In this document: positions 38,482-48,677 of the stretch, piece after piece
Layout of the letters: every line of letters begins with the position of its first letter
Numbering within the stretch: position 1 is the first letter of the stretch
NCBI GenBank assembly: GCA_021463645.1
Contig: JAJTYI010000006.1
Coordinates: forward strand, 181,692-245,691
Direction: 5' to 3'
DNA length: 64,000 nucleotides
DNA from: a bacterium
GTDB taxonomy: Bacteria; Patescibacteriota; Dojkabacteria; B142; OLB20
Program-made: the position numbers and the translations under genes
Notes under the pieces: model-generated
Seen by the model: the letters and a program-made list of their open reading frames with translations, nothing else
What the model was told of the DNA's origin: nothing
The model's database searches: none

Positions 38482-39114
38482 ATGAAAGACAGAAAGTCTA
38501 CACACATTTTTTTTGATGTCGGAGGAGTAGTGGTATTAGATTTCTCTGGAACTAACAAATGGGAAGAAATGCTTCAATCAATGGGCGTTAATGATGAAAA
38601 CGAGGTGAGATTTCTTGAAGTTTGGAACAAACATAAACCCAGAAGATGCATCGACTTTGATGTGGATTCGATGATTGATGAGTTTCGCAATTATGTAGGA
38701 TTAGAATTATCTGAAGATTTCTCTTTTCTTGACGAATTTGTAAATCGCTTTGACCCTAATCTATCAATTTGGCCTGTGCTAGATTATGCTGCGCAAAATT
38801 ACAAAGTTGTATTAATTACCAATATGTATCCGCGTATGTTGGACAAAATATACCAGCGTGGTGATTTGATGCCAGATATTTCTTGGGATTGTGTTATTGA
38901 TAGTTCGGTTGTCAAATTACAAAAGCCAGATAGGGAGATATACGAATTTGCTCATAAAATGATGGGTATAGGAAAGGATGGCAAAGTGCTTTTCATAGAT
39001 AATTCAAAAGAACATTTAGTCGAACCCGAAAAACTAGGATGGGATACATTTCTATATGATCCGACAAATCCAGAAAATTCAAGTGAGGTGTTATTAAATT
39101 TAGTTAAACTTTAA
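38482..39114 (+). CDS. HAD family hydrolase
   Basis: Motif I-like IFFDVGGVV, with a C-terminal FIDNS region. Confidence 0.7.
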   Translation: MKDRKSTHIFFDVGGVVVLDFSGTNKWEEMLQSMGVNDENEVRFLEVWNKHKPRRCIDFDVDSMIDEFRNYVGLELSEDFSFLDEFVNRFDPNLSIWPVLDYAAQNYKVVLITNMYPRMLDKIYQRGDLMPDISWDCVIDSSVVKLQKPDREIYEFAHKMMGIGKDGKVLFIDNSKEHLVEPEKLGWDTFLYDPTNPENSSEVLLNLVKL

Positions 39115-39213
39115 TTGATATGTCAGACGCACAAGTGGGATTTCTCTTTGCACTCTTTGCATGTATAGTCGGAGGGGCATGGGTGGTGAAAAAGAAACAA
39201 TAACGATTCTAAG

Positions 39214-39861
39214 TCAAAGTACTTTTTGTATCTCATTCCAATTCTTGAGCTGGTTTGGAACTTTCTCCTTTAACTCTTCTGGTGTCTCTTCCGCAATAAA
39301 TAAAATCGGCAATCCAACAGCTCCAAAAATGGGGATATCTGAGTCACCATCTCCAATCGCGGCACATTCTGTAGGTTTGATTCCTGTTTTATCACAAAAC
39401 TCCAACAAGAAATCTAATTTTTCTTCTCCGCGACTTAATTTGTAATCAAAATCGATTAAATAACCAGAATCATCAAATTTAAATTTTGTGGAAGCATAAT
39501 TATGTTCAATATGAAGCTTCTTCGAGGAGATTTCTACAAAAATATCTATCGCTCCAGATATTATGCATAAAGTGTACTTCTTCCTTAGATAATCTACTGC
39601 ATCTTTGGCACCTTTTCTAAATTTCACATTATTGAATATTTCCCTGATGTCATTAATATGTGTTTTTCCGGTCTTCACCCATAGTTTAATCAAAGTATCT
39701 TTTGCTTCTTTGTATTCTAACTTTCCACTTTTATAATTTTCGTAAATCTGTGTATGTGTATGTTTGTCCGCCCCAATAAGTTCAGTGAACTGAAGCCATG
39801 AAGCTTCGTCCGTCGTTAAGGTTTGATCTAAATCTAAAATTACTGCTCTAATATTTTCCAT
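39214..39861 (-). CDS. HAD-IB family hydrolase (phosphoserine phosphatase-like)
   Basis: Motif I ILDLDQTLT, motif IV GDGDSD, and an internal cap helix region. Confidence 0.75.
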   Translation of the reverse strand: MENIRAVILDLDQTLTTDEASWLQFTELIGADKHTHTQIYENYKSGKLEYKEAKDTLIKLWVKTGKTHINDIREIFNNVKFRKGAKDAVDYLRKKYTLCIISGAIDIFVEISSKKLHIEHNYASTKFKFDDSGYLIDFDYKLSRGEEKLDFLLEFCDKTGIKPTECAAIGDGDSDIPIFGAVGLPILFIAEETPEELKEKVPNQLKNWNEIQKVL

Positions 39862-40011
39862 CTATTGAGTAATTACTGTGTTATTATCTCATGTACTATG
39901 CAAAAAAATCGTATTCAACTATTTTTTTAATATACCCAAATCGCATTTCCGCAATACATTTACCCTTGAATAAGGTATACTCTATTTACTTTTACAATTT
40001 AATTCAATTAA

Positions 40012-40536
40012 ATGCCAGATTTTAGACAAAAAAATTATTCAGGTGGAAATAGAAACTTCAGAGGTGATAGAGGAAATTTCCGTGACCGAGACAGAGGTAA
40101 CCGCAACTACAACGATCGTGACGGAAACAAAGAAATGTTTGATGCAGTTTGTGATAACTGTGGAAGAAATTGCCAAGTGCCTTTTCAGCCTACAAGCGGA
40201 AAACCAATTTTCTGCAGTGATTGTTTCAGAGATAAACGAGATGGTGACGAAAGACCTTCAAGAGGGAATTTCAATGCTCCTCAATCTTCATCCAATTCAT
40301 CAAAAGATTTGTCAGCCTTGAATAGTAAATTAGATAAGATTATCTCACTACTAGAAAGACAATTAGAGCAAAGTACTCCTAAACAAAAGGAAACCGCTAT
40401 GATTGTTCAGCCTGAAATGGCTATAGTGGAGGAGAAGCCTAAAGCTACTGCTAAGAAGGCAGTTGCAAAGAAATCTACTGCGAAAAAAGCTTCAGCGAAA
40501 AAGACTGCAAAAAAGTCTAAATATTTAGAGGAGTAA
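40012..40536 (+). CDS. CxxC-x17-CxxC zinc-ribbon protein with an RG/RD-rich N-terminus and a K/A-rich tail
   Basis: CDNC-(17 aa)-CSDC counted directly. N-terminal GGNRNFRGDRGNFRDRDRGNRNY. C-terminal KATAKKAVAKKSTAKKASAKKTAKK. Confidence 0.7.
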   Translation: MPDFRQKNYSGGNRNFRGDRGNFRDRDRGNRNYNDRDGNKEMFDAVCDNCGRNCQVPFQPTSGKPIFCSDCFRDKRDGDERPSRGNFNAPQSSSNSSKDLSALNSKLDKIISLLERQLEQSTPKQKETAMIVQPEMAIVEEKPKATAKKAVAKKSTAKKASAKKTAKKSKYLEE

Positions 40537-40556
40537 AAGTTTCGAAATTCTCGAAC

Positions 40557-40949
40557 CTAAAAAAGATAGATAAGCACAAATAGTGTCAAAACTATCCCGA
40601 TGAATGCATTTCTAAATCCTGATAATTGATAGAGGATATACACAGCATCGTTACCTAGCTTCTTTTGTGAGGTAGATGGTCGATATTTTTTCTCGCCAAA
40701 TTGTTGAAGGAGCCAGTAAATCATTTCTCCTAGTCCACGTAGAGTAAGGAATACACCAATTTCGAGCAGCATAAACTTCCAGCTAAATATTCCTGTTATA
40801 AGGATGAAAATCCAAATTGGAATAATTTCAAGAGCATCACCTTTTACATAGACATGTAACTGTCTGAGAATAAAGTTCGGTTTAGAATAAAACCATTTAT
40901 CAGTTAATTCTCCAGATTTAATTTTTTTTATAACTTTTATAGCGCTCAT
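40557..40949 (-). CDS. Hypothetical membrane protein
   Basis: 130-aa ORF with 3 TM. Confidence 0.55.
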   Translation of the reverse strand: MSAIKVIKKIKSGELTDKWFYSKPNFILRQLHVYVKGDALEIIPIWIFILITGIFSWKFMLLEIGVFLTLRGLGEMIYWLLQQFGEKKYRPSTSQKKLGNDAVYILYQLSGFRNAFIGIVLTLFVLIYLF

Positions 40950-41011
40950 TTTGCGTAAATATTGACTTTGTATAGTTAAATAACTACGATTATCTTAATT
41001 AATTATATATC

Positions 41012-41755
41012 ATGTACAAGTCAATTCCCACTTTTAGCAGAGTAATCGCTATTTTAACGGTTGTAACAACCTTGCTTTTTTCAGTATATGAAGGAGGTTT
41101 TTTAGGGTTAATTCTCTCTGCTGTTATTTGGGCTTTTGTTGGTTTTCTGTTGCCAAGGCTCAAGTTCATGGATTTAAGCAACTACTTTGCATTTTATGGA
41201 TTATTAATTGCCACAGCTGTTGTTGCAGTATCGGCACCTTTTATTGCCAATCTAATTACTTCAGAAAAAGAATCAAATGAGACAGAAAATGCCACAGTAG
41301 AGGATGTTACGAATAGCGATCTTGGGGTTTTACCTACTGATGAGCCCAACGAAGATGGTAGTATAGTTATTGAAGCAGGAGATGGAGTTTTAGGGGGGGA
41401 TGTTTTCCTATCATATATCGGTGAATCTGCTCGAGGAAAAGAAGCATATCTAGCTGATGGTGGAGTAACTGCAACTTATGTAGTTGAAACTACCGTTCCT
41501 GGCCAGTATGAATTATGGGTTAAAATCAATGACGATGGTCTTCATCTTGACGGTGCACGAAACGCAAAAGTCACTGTGAATACTAGTCAAGTTGGACAAT
41601 ATAACCATGTTAGTCAGGAAATAGACGGATAGAAATGGGTAGAAATAACTTCATTTACCTTAATGGATGGTGATAATACTGTAGTTTTTGAAAAAATCGA
41701 GGATACAACTGCTGCTTTCGTAATGGACGAATTTAAATTTGTTCCAGTAAATTAA
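41012..41755 (+). pseudogene. Membrane-anchored CBM-like protein interrupted by an in-frame TAG (41630-41632)
   Basis: The ORF-track ORF ends at ...SQEIDG-TAG. The same frame continues KWVEITSFTLMDGDNTVVFEKIEDTTAAFVMDEFKFVPVN-TAA, which completes the beta-sandwich begun at GQYELWVKINDDG. Confidence 0.6.
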
Positions 41756-41782
41756 TATTATTTTTAATTGTTAATCAAAAAT

Positions 41783-42079
41783 ATGAGTGACTTTATAATA
41801 AACATACAATCTTCCCCAGAAACAATTGATCCCCTATTAGGTACATTCATGGCTGGCTATCTTGGTTTCATGTTGATTGGATCAATAATCAACTGTTTGG
41901 TTAGTCTGGTGATTATTTTCTCTATTGTTGTTTTTATCATGGCTTTGATAGATATTGTCCAGAGAGAGAATTGGAAGGAGGAAAATGACAAAGTTATGTG
42001 GTTATTGCTGATTATTTTTGTTCCTCTAGCACAGTTTTATTACTATTTCGTTGAGAAGAAGAAATTAGAAGGCAAATAA
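41783..42079 (+). CDS. Small membrane protein with a PLD-N-terminal-like (PLDc_N) motif
   Basis: KVMWLLLIIFVPLAQFYYYFVEKKK resembles the PLDc_N small-protein family. ATG 41783 is preferred over TTG 41768. Confidence 0.55.
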   Translation: MSDFIINIQSSPETIDPLLGTFMAGYLGFMLIGSIINCLVSLVIIFSIVVFIMALIDIVQRENWKEENDKVMWLLLIIFVPLAQFYYYFVEKKKLEGK

Positions 42080-42221
42080 AATTTTCGATTAAAATATTAA
42101 AATTGAACCGCATTTTGATAGTGAGTAATTTGTGTGAGATTGCATAGTAATCTGCTTGATGAACAAATTGATTGTACTTCGATTTAAATATACAATAATC
42201 TAAATAACTTATTTCGAATTA

Positions 42222-43472
42222 ATGCGGTTACATCCCAAGTTAAAAAACGTTTCGATTCCGCGCTCACCGCTCAATATCTTTTTCCTATCATTTTTCCTAA
42301 TAATCATCGCAGATGGGACGATGAGCTATGTTTTTCCGATTGTTGTTGAGGAAAGTCTAAGCTCAAACACCTTGATGGGTATAATTATGGCGCTATCATC
42401 AATAACAGGGTTGATTTGTGATTTCATTTTCCCTTCATTAATCTCTCGTAAGAACTGGAAACAACTCTTAGTTGCGTGTGTACTTATGGCACTGTTGTTC
42501 CCAGTGCTTTCTTATTTTGGAGAAATATTCAATTTAGTTGGGTTCTTTATATTGGCAAGTATTGCATGGGGTGTTTATTATGAGTTCTTAGCTTTTTCAC
42601 AGCAGAATTATATTATCGAAAGCAACAAAGAGAAAAATTTCAGTAAGGACTGGGGATTGTTAGCCGTATTGATAAGTATGATGGAGGTAATCGCCCCGAT
42701 TCTAGGCTCAACGCTATTGGTTGTCGGTGGACTAGCTTATCCAGTAGCAGTTCTTTTGATGCTTTCAGTGGCGTTGGCAATATTAATGCTTCAAGAAACC
42801 AAGTCAGAAGAAGATGTTGAAATAAAAAGTGTTAGCAGAGAGTTGGTAAAGTTAATTAAAGAATTCAAGATGTGGGATTTGCTTTACGGCAGGGTGTGGC
42901 AAGTATTACTCGTATCGTTTGTTTTACAAAGTGTCTTCGCAACATATTGGACATTCGGAGGACTGTTTGGACAACAATTAGTCGGGGAAGAGGGGATGGA
43001 TTGGATAGTTATAGTTCTTTATGCAATCCCTTCGTTGATTGCATCGCTCTTGCTTTCCAAATTTATGATTAAGAAAAACAAGAAAAAACTTACACAAATA
43101 TTCCTAATCTTTGGTGGTTTTATTTTAACAATGTTGGTTTTTGCTCGTGAATCTGTTTATTTAACTGCATTTCTAATTTTACTCTCCAGTTTAATGTTTG
43201 CTTTTGCTTATCCATTAAATAATGCAGTCTTTAGTGACTTGGGTGCAAGATTGGGCAAAGAGAAAAACCACTTATTTGGAATGATGAATGCTATTGGATC
43301 GTTAGCTTTTATTGTGATTCCAATTGCTCTTGGAATATTAAGCGATAGTTATGGATATATTTATGCATTTGCTTTTACTGGAGCGTTTTCTATGATTGCG
43401 GGAATTGTATTAATTATTAAAACACCAAAGAAAATTCGTTTGCCTCAAAAGGAAATTCAATCAATGGATTAA
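42222..43472 (+). CDS. MFS transporter
   Basis: 416 aa with about 12 TM. Confidence 0.75.
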   Translation: MRLHPKLKNVSIPRSPLNIFFLSFFLIIIADGTMSYVFPIVVEESLSSNTLMGIIMALSSITGLICDFIFPSLISRKNWKQLLVACVLMALLFPVLSYFGEIFNLVGFFILASIAWGVYYEFLAFSQQNYIIESNKEKNFSKDWGLLAVLISMMEVIAPILGSTLLVVGGLAYPVAVLLMLSVALAILMLQETKSEEDVEIKSVSRELVKLIKEFKMWDLLYGRVWQVLLVSFVLQSVFATYWTFGGLFGQQLVGEEGMDWIVIVLYAIPSLIASLLLSKFMIKKNKKKLTQIFLIFGGFILTMLVFARESVYLTAFLILLSSLMFAFAYPLNNAVFSDLGARLGKEKNHLFGMMNAIGSLAFIVIPIALGILSDSYGYIYAFAFTGAFSMIAGIVLIIKTPKKIRLPQKEIQSMD

Positions 43473-43476
43473 ATCT

Positions 43477-44118
43477 ATGGATATCACGAAAGAAACATAC
43501 GAGAGGGAGGGTGTTGTTGATGAATATTACGAAAGGTACTTAAATATCCCCGATTATTTCGAAATAAATATTTCAAAACTAGTAAAGAAATTTCCCGGGA
43601 AGAAATTACTTGATGTAGGTTGCGGTCCTGGTCAGTTCTCTCGAATTTTCGCCAATCAAGGCTTCGAAGTTGTTGGAATAGATTATTCTAAAACAATGAT
43701 AGAAAAGGCTAAATCACTTTCGGAGGATAAGGATAATCCCGAGTACAAAGTGATGGATATGCGAAATTTAAAAGGATTCTTCGATAAAAGTACTTTTGAC
43801 GTTATATGGGCTTCGGCCTCATTGTTACATTTAGATTTGGATGAGATTCAAAAAGTACTTTCGGATTTTAAATACATCTTAAAAAGAGGATGTCATATTT
43901 TTTTGATTGTTAAGTTAGGTGAACAGGGTACTATCTTACTAAATGATGGCGATTTGGGTGAGAGTGTTAGAAGAAAGTTCACTTTTATAAACGAACGTTG
44001 GTTTGAAGAATTATTAAAGAAACTAAAGCTTTCGATAATTGATAAGAAATTGAAAAAAGGTTCGGTAATAAATAAGCAGTCTTCATATTGGGGAAACTAT
44101 TGGCTGAAATCGGATTGA
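43477..44118 (+). CDS. Class I SAM-dependent methyltransferase
   Basis: LLDVGCGPGQFS motif I, followed by VVGIDYS. Confidence 0.8.
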   Translation: MDITKETYEREGVVDEYYERYLNIPDYFEINISKLVKKFPGKKLLDVGCGPGQFSRIFANQGFEVVGIDYSKTMIEKAKSLSEDKDNPEYKVMDMRNLKGFFDKSTFDVIWASASLLHLDLDEIQKVLSDFKYILKRGCHIFLIVKLGEQGTILLNDGDLGESVRRKFTFINERWFEELLKKLKLSIIDKKLKKGSVINKQSSYWGNYWLKSD

Positions 44119-44150
44119 TGGTGTATGATATTGGTCGATTTCATTTATAA

Positions 44151-44375
44151 ATGCCCGATATACCTAATCCTCAACCTGGAAATGAGAAATATGTTAACCC
44201 CTTTGTAACTGGGGACAGGGTGATACATAAAGGGCTTGAATGGGTTGTTCTGAATCCACAAGTGCTCATAATCGATGGTAGAGATCAAGCGTTGATAGCC
44301 GCTGGTGCTTATAGTTCTATTAGAGACGTTGTTTTTGCAGACGAGTTGCAATTTCCACAAGTTGATGTTGACTAA
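44151..44375 (+). CDS. Hypothetical small protein
   Basis: 74-aa ORF with no motif. The position is compatible with a real gene. Confidence 0.35.
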   Translation: MPDIPNPQPGNEKYVNPFVTGDRVIHKGLEWVVLNPQVLIIDGRDQALIAAGAYSSIRDVVFADELQFPQVDVD

Positions 44376-44394
44376 TAATTTTTTTGCGAATATA

Positions 44395-44415
44395 ATATCC
44401 CCATATAGGGGATAT
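44395..44415 (+). promoter_or_regulatory. Putative CsoR operator
   Basis: ATATCCCC-ATATA-GGGGATAT is an 8-bp inverted repeat ending 3 nt before the csoR ATG. It has the same C4/G4 palindrome style as characterised CsoR boxes. Confidence 0.6.
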
Positions 44416-44418
44416 ATT

Positions 44419-44697
44419 ATGAAACAAGACAAAAGATTTAAAACAACTCCAAAAGACAAGGCGCTTCATAGGATTAAAATAATCCAAGGCCATTTGTCAG
44501 CAATAGAAGAAATGATTAATAACGACAAATACTGTGTCGATATAGTTCATCAGTCCAGAGCAGTCCAAAAAGCATTGAAGCAACTCGATTTATTGCTTAT
44601 CGAAAACCACTTAAAGACTTGTGTGGTGCACCAAATTCATAACCACGAGGAAACACGAACTACAGAAGAGTTATTAAAATTATTTGAATATAAATAA
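44419..44697 (+). CDS. csoR: CsoR/RcnR family copper-sensing repressor
   Basis: 92 aa: LHRIKIIQGHLSAIEEMINNDKYCVDIVHQSRAVQKALKQL...HLKTCV (C-H-C ligand pattern). ATG 44419 is preferred to the longer ORF start at 44305. Confidence 0.85.
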   Translation: MKQDKRFKTTPKDKALHRIKIIQGHLSAIEEMINNDKYCVDIVHQSRAVQKALKQLDLLLIENHLKTCVVHQIHNHEETRTTEELLKLFEYK

Positions 44698-44699
44698 AT

Positions 44700-46133
44700 A
44701 TGAGAAAACATAAAAACGCTCAAACAATATACGTGGAGGGAATGCACTGTGCATCATGCGAGTTACTCATCGAAAAAACACTCGAAGAACATCCAGGTAT
44801 AAAAAAAGTTGATGCTTCTCTTGAAAAGGGTCAGGTGAAAATCGTATCCGATAAAAGTGATTCTGTTGATATTGAAAAATTAAATAAGGAATTTAAAGAA
44901 GCTGGTTATAAATTCAGTAATAAGCAATTTCCCAAGGAAAGCTATAAGTTAATTGAATTGACTGATGCCGGGATCGAGATAAACAGAGATAAATTTTATG
45001 AATATTTAAAAATATTTGGAATTCTCGTCTTTGTGTTGGTTCTTGTTATGTTAATCAATAATTCCAATATTGGCAGATATGCAGGTGTGGATGCAAATTC
45101 ATCTCTACCTGCATTCTTGGTCCTTGGTATTGTCGCTGGCTTATCTAGTTGCGCTGCTTTGGTTGGAGGATTATTACTGGTCATGACTAAGCAATGGAAT
45201 GATTTATACATTACTGACAAAACAAATAAACTCAAATTTCAACCACATCTTTTATTTCACACAGGACGTTTAATAGGCTACTTTATTTTTGGAGGACTGC
45301 TAGGACTTCTTGGCCAGGTAGTTTCAATAGGAAGTGGAACATCTTTTGCAATTGTCATTATTGCAGTTTCCGTAGTTATGTTGGTTCTGGCATTGCAAAT
45401 GATTGGAGTGAAACAAGTGCAAAATCTGCAGCTTAAAACACCTAAAGTAATTAGTAAATTCATAACTAATGAATCCAATTTTTCAGGTAAATATGCACCG
45501 TTTATTCTCGGTGCGTTAACATTCTTGCTTCCCTGTGGTTTTACATTAATCGCACAAGCCGCTGCTCTAGCTTCTTCAGGGTTTCTCAAAGGTGGTTTGA
45601 TTATGTTGTTTTTTGCCATTGGAACATTACCTATATTGGGTGGAATTAGTTTGACTGGAGTTAAATTCAATACAAAGCCGAAACTCACCTCAATGTTTAA
45701 TAAGACGGCCGGAATTTTAATTGTCGTTTTTTCAATTTATACGATCAATAGCCAACTCAATGTTTTGGGTTTGAAAAGTTTGAGTGATTTGGAACTCAAA
45801 AGTAACGATACTGTAACTGAGAAAGTTGATCAAGAAATCTCTGAGAATCCCGATGTTGACGAAAATGCTCAAAAATTAGTAATTGTTGCAGATGATTTTT
45901 CCTATACACCACAAGGGTCGATGACCATAGAGGCCGATAAGCCGACAGTGCTGGCAGTAAACAATAAAGGTGTACAAGGTTGTGGTAGGTTTATGGCAGC
46001 CCGAGGATTAATCGATAATTTTGTGGAGTTGGATGATGGGTGGAATTATGTTGAATTGACCCCGAAAAAAGGTGTTTATAAATTGACATGTACCATGGGC
46101 ATGGTACGTCCTGTGACAATCACAGTTATTTAA
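44700..46133 (+). CDS. Tripartite copper-associated membrane protein: HMA domain, TauE/SafE- or DsbD-like permease, C-terminal cupredoxin-like domain
   Basis: N-terminal GMHCASCELLIEK (MxCxxC). A central block of about 6 TM with LPCGF. C-terminal beta-rich LVIVADDFSYTPQGSMTIEADKPTVLAVNNKG...YKLTCTMGMVRPVTITV. Confidence 0.7.
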   Translation: MRKHKNAQTIYVEGMHCASCELLIEKTLEEHPGIKKVDASLEKGQVKIVSDKSDSVDIEKLNKEFKEAGYKFSNKQFPKESYKLIELTDAGIEINRDKFYEYLKIFGILVFVLVLVMLINNSNIGRYAGVDANSSLPAFLVLGIVAGLSSCAALVGGLLLVMTKQWNDLYITDKTNKLKFQPHLLFHTGRLIGYFIFGGLLGLLGQVVSIGSGTSFAIVIIAVSVVMLVLALQMIGVKQVQNLQLKTPKVISKFITNESNFSGKYAPFILGALTFLLPCGFTLIAQAAALASSGFLKGGLIMLFFAIGTLPILGGISLTGVKFNTKPKLTSMFNKTAGILIVVFSIYTINSQLNVLGLKSLSDLELKSNDTVTEKVDQEISENPDVDENAQKLVIVADDFSYTPQGSMTIEADKPTVLAVNNKGVQGCGRFMAARGLIDNFVELDDGWNYVELTPKKGVYKLTCTMGMVRPVTITVI

Positions 46134-46152
46134 TTATTAGTGAACTTTCAAC

Positions 46153-48579
46153 ATGAATAAAACATTTGATGTCCTAGGCGTACATTGTGCTTCATGCAAA
46201 TCGCTAATTGAAAGGAATGTAAACAAACTTGATGGAATTAATGTGGTAAATGTTAACTTTGCGTCAGCGAAGATGATGGTCGATTATGATGAAAAGAAAG
46301 TAGGTCTTGAAGAAATTGCAAAAGCGGTAGCGAGTGCTGGAACTTACAAATTAGTAAAAAATGAAGATGAGGTGGTTCTTGCAAGTCCCGGTGAAATTAA
46401 TAAATCTCCTCACTTGAAAGGAATCGCAAAGCCAGCACATGGTGAAACTGGTCACAATCACGCAGAAATGCTCCGAGCTGATGAGTATAAATTACTAGAG
46501 AAAAAAACAATACTTGTAGGACTTGCGAATATTCCATTCTTGTTTGTGATGATAACTATGATTTTCAATAAAAACGAAGAGATGATGAGTTATTTAGGAA
46601 TGATTAAGCTTGAGAACTTCGGAATGTCTCTGAATTTGGATTGGGTTTTACAATTTTTCCTAGCTACTTTCATTCTTTTTTGGGGAGGAAGTCAGTTCTT
46701 CAAGAGTGCGTGGACTGCTTTGAAGAATAGAACTGCCAATATGGATACGCTCATTGCTCTCGGGACATTCGTAGCGTGGTTATTCTCGGCAGTTGTGACA
46801 TTTATACCTCAAATATTCACAGATATTGAAGCCGAACCGTTTTATGAAGCGGTAGGTTTTATCATCTTTTTTGTTTTACTTGGTAGATTGCTTGAGGCAA
46901 AGGCAAAAGGCAGCGCAAATCAGGCCGTTAAGAAGTTAATGGAAATCCAAGCAAAAGATGCGTCAGTGATTCGTGATGGAGTAGAGGTGAAGGTTCCTAT
47001 AAATGAAGTTGTAATTGGAGATATCGTAGTCGTAAGACCAGGTGAAAAGATTCCAGTTGATGGGGTTATTACCAAAGGAAGCAGCACGATCGACGAATCC
47101 ATGGTTACCGGAGAATCCATGCCAGCAGAAAAATCAGTTGGCCAAAATGTGATTGGTTCAACCATAAATAAATCATCTACTTTTCAGTTTAGTGCTGAAA
47201 AAGTTGGCAAAGACACACTACTTTCTCAAATCATAAAATTAGTTGAGGATGCACAAATGAGTTCAGCCCCGATACAGAAATTGGCAGATAAAATTTCCGC
47301 AATTTTTGTTCCGGTGATAGTAGTGATTTCACTTGTGGTAGCTATGTTCTGGTTACTTATCGCACCACAGCTAGGAATCGTTGGAGACATTTCTAGTGTG
47401 CAGTTAGCCATTTATATTTTCGCAACAATTTTAATTATTGCTTGTCCTTGTGCTTTGGGTTTAGCCACGCCTATTGCGGTGATGGTTGCAACTGGTAAAG
47501 CAGCAACAAAGGGGATATTGATCAAAGATGCTGAAGCATTTGAATTAGCATCCAAAGTCGACACCATAGTTTTCGATAAAACCGGTACTCTTACCAAAGG
47601 AGAAGTTGAAGTAGTTGAAACTGTATTAATTGAGAGTTTTAAAAGCAACAGTGATTTACTGGATAGTTTACGAATGGATGTATGGAACGAAGATACTTTG
47701 GTCACGTTATCGGCAGCACTTGAAAATAATTCGGAACATCCATTATCAGAAGCGATAGTAAAACTTGCTAATGATAAAAAACTAGATTTCGGTAAAATCA
47801 AAGTTGACTCTTTTAAAAACCATGAAGGTAAGGGTGTATCGGGAATCGTAAGAGGAAAAGAGGTTGTTATTGGAAATGAAAAGTTAATGGATAAATTTAA
47901 AATTGACTCTATAAAAGATGCGAATTCAGATATAAAAGATAAGTTGGAGAAGTACAGAAATGAAGGTAAAACTATCGTTTCGGTCGCTTATGGCAAGGAA
48001 ATTATTGGATATTTTGCACTTGCGGACGCTCTGAAGCCAGAAGCGAAAATTTTGATTAATCAAATAAAAAAGAAGGGCATTAATGTAATAATGCTCTCAG
48101 GGGATAACGAACAAACTGCTCGAGCAATAGCTGATAATTTAGGAATCGAAAATGTCATCGCGAATGTTCTACCCCAAGAAAAATCTGAAGTGATACAAAG
48201 ACTGAAAAGTGAAGAAAACGGCAAGATAATCGCAATGGTCGGTGATGGAATTAATGATGCACCTGCACTAACTTTGGCAGACGTAGGAATTTCAATGGGT
48301 ACTGGGACGGATATTGCCATAGAGTCAGGTGATATTGTCATTGTCGGAGGAAAAATCGAGAAGGTTCTAGAAGTTCTTGAGATTTCGTCAAAAACACTTA
48401 AAATTATTAAGGAGAACTTAATCTGGGCTTTCGGTTACAATATTATTGCTATTCCGATTGCAGGTGGATTGTTATATCCATTTATTGGGCTTTTACTTTC
48501 TCCAGTAATCGCTAGCGTTGCTATGGCTTTCAGTTCTATATCGGTTGTGCTAAATAGTCTAAGATTGAGGTCTGTTTAA
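46153..48579 (+). CDS. copA: Copper-translocating P1B-type ATPase
   Basis: N-terminal [44 protein letters not shown]. Confidence 0.93.
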   Translation: MNKTFDVLGVHCASCKSLIERNVNKLDGINVVNVNFASAKMMVDYDEKKVGLEEIAKAVASAGTYKLVKNEDEVVLASPGEINKSPHLKGIAKPAHGETGHNHAEMLRADEYKLLEKKTILVGLANIPFLFVMITMIFNKNEEMMSYLGMIKLENFGMSLNLDWVLQFFLATFILFWGGSQFFKSAWTALKNRTANMDTLIALGTFVAWLFSAVVTFIPQIFTDIEAEPFYEAVGFIIFFVLLGRLLEAKAKGSANQAVKKLMEIQAKDASVIRDGVEVKVPINEVVIGDIVVVRPGEKIPVDGVITKGSSTIDESMVTGESMPAEKSVGQNVIGSTINKSSTFQFSAEKVGKDTLLSQIIKLVEDAQMSSAPIQKLADKISAIFVPVIVVISLVVAMFWLLIAPQLGIVGDISSVQLAIYIFATILIIACPCALGLATPIAVMVATGKAATKGILIKDAEAFELASKVDTIVFDKTGTLTKGEVEVVETVLIESFKSNSDLLDSLRMDVWNEDTLVTLSAALENNSEHPLSEAIVKLANDKKLDFGKIKVDSFKNHEGKGVSGIVRGKEVVIGNEKLMDKFKIDSIKDANSDIKDKLEKYRNEGKTIVSVAYGKEIIGYFALADALKPEAKILINQIKKKGINVIMLSGDNEQTARAIADNLGIENVIANVLPQEKSEVIQRLKSEENGKIIAMVGDGINDAPALTLADVGISMGTGTDIAIESGDIVIVGGKIEKVLEVLEISSKTLKIIKENLIWAFGYNIIAIPIAGGLLYPFIGLLLSPVIASVAMAFSSISVVLNSLRLRSV

Positions 48580-48677
48580 AGGTAATCTATCACAACTATT
48601 TCAACTCTTTTCAAATCTTTTTTCGATTTTGCGATGAAATTGATTTAAGTGTACACTTTGTTGATTAATATATTCCT

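Noticed and set aside
39161-39445. 94-aa plus-strand ORF
   Set aside because: It is fully antisense to the well-supported HAD-IB hydrolase gene (39214-39861, minus) and has no motifs.
44305-44418. Longer CsoR ORF starting at 44305
   Set aside because: The extension overlaps the preceding small ORF, encodes no family sequence and would bury the palindromic operator inside the coding region. ATG 44419 gives the canonical ~92-aa CsoR.
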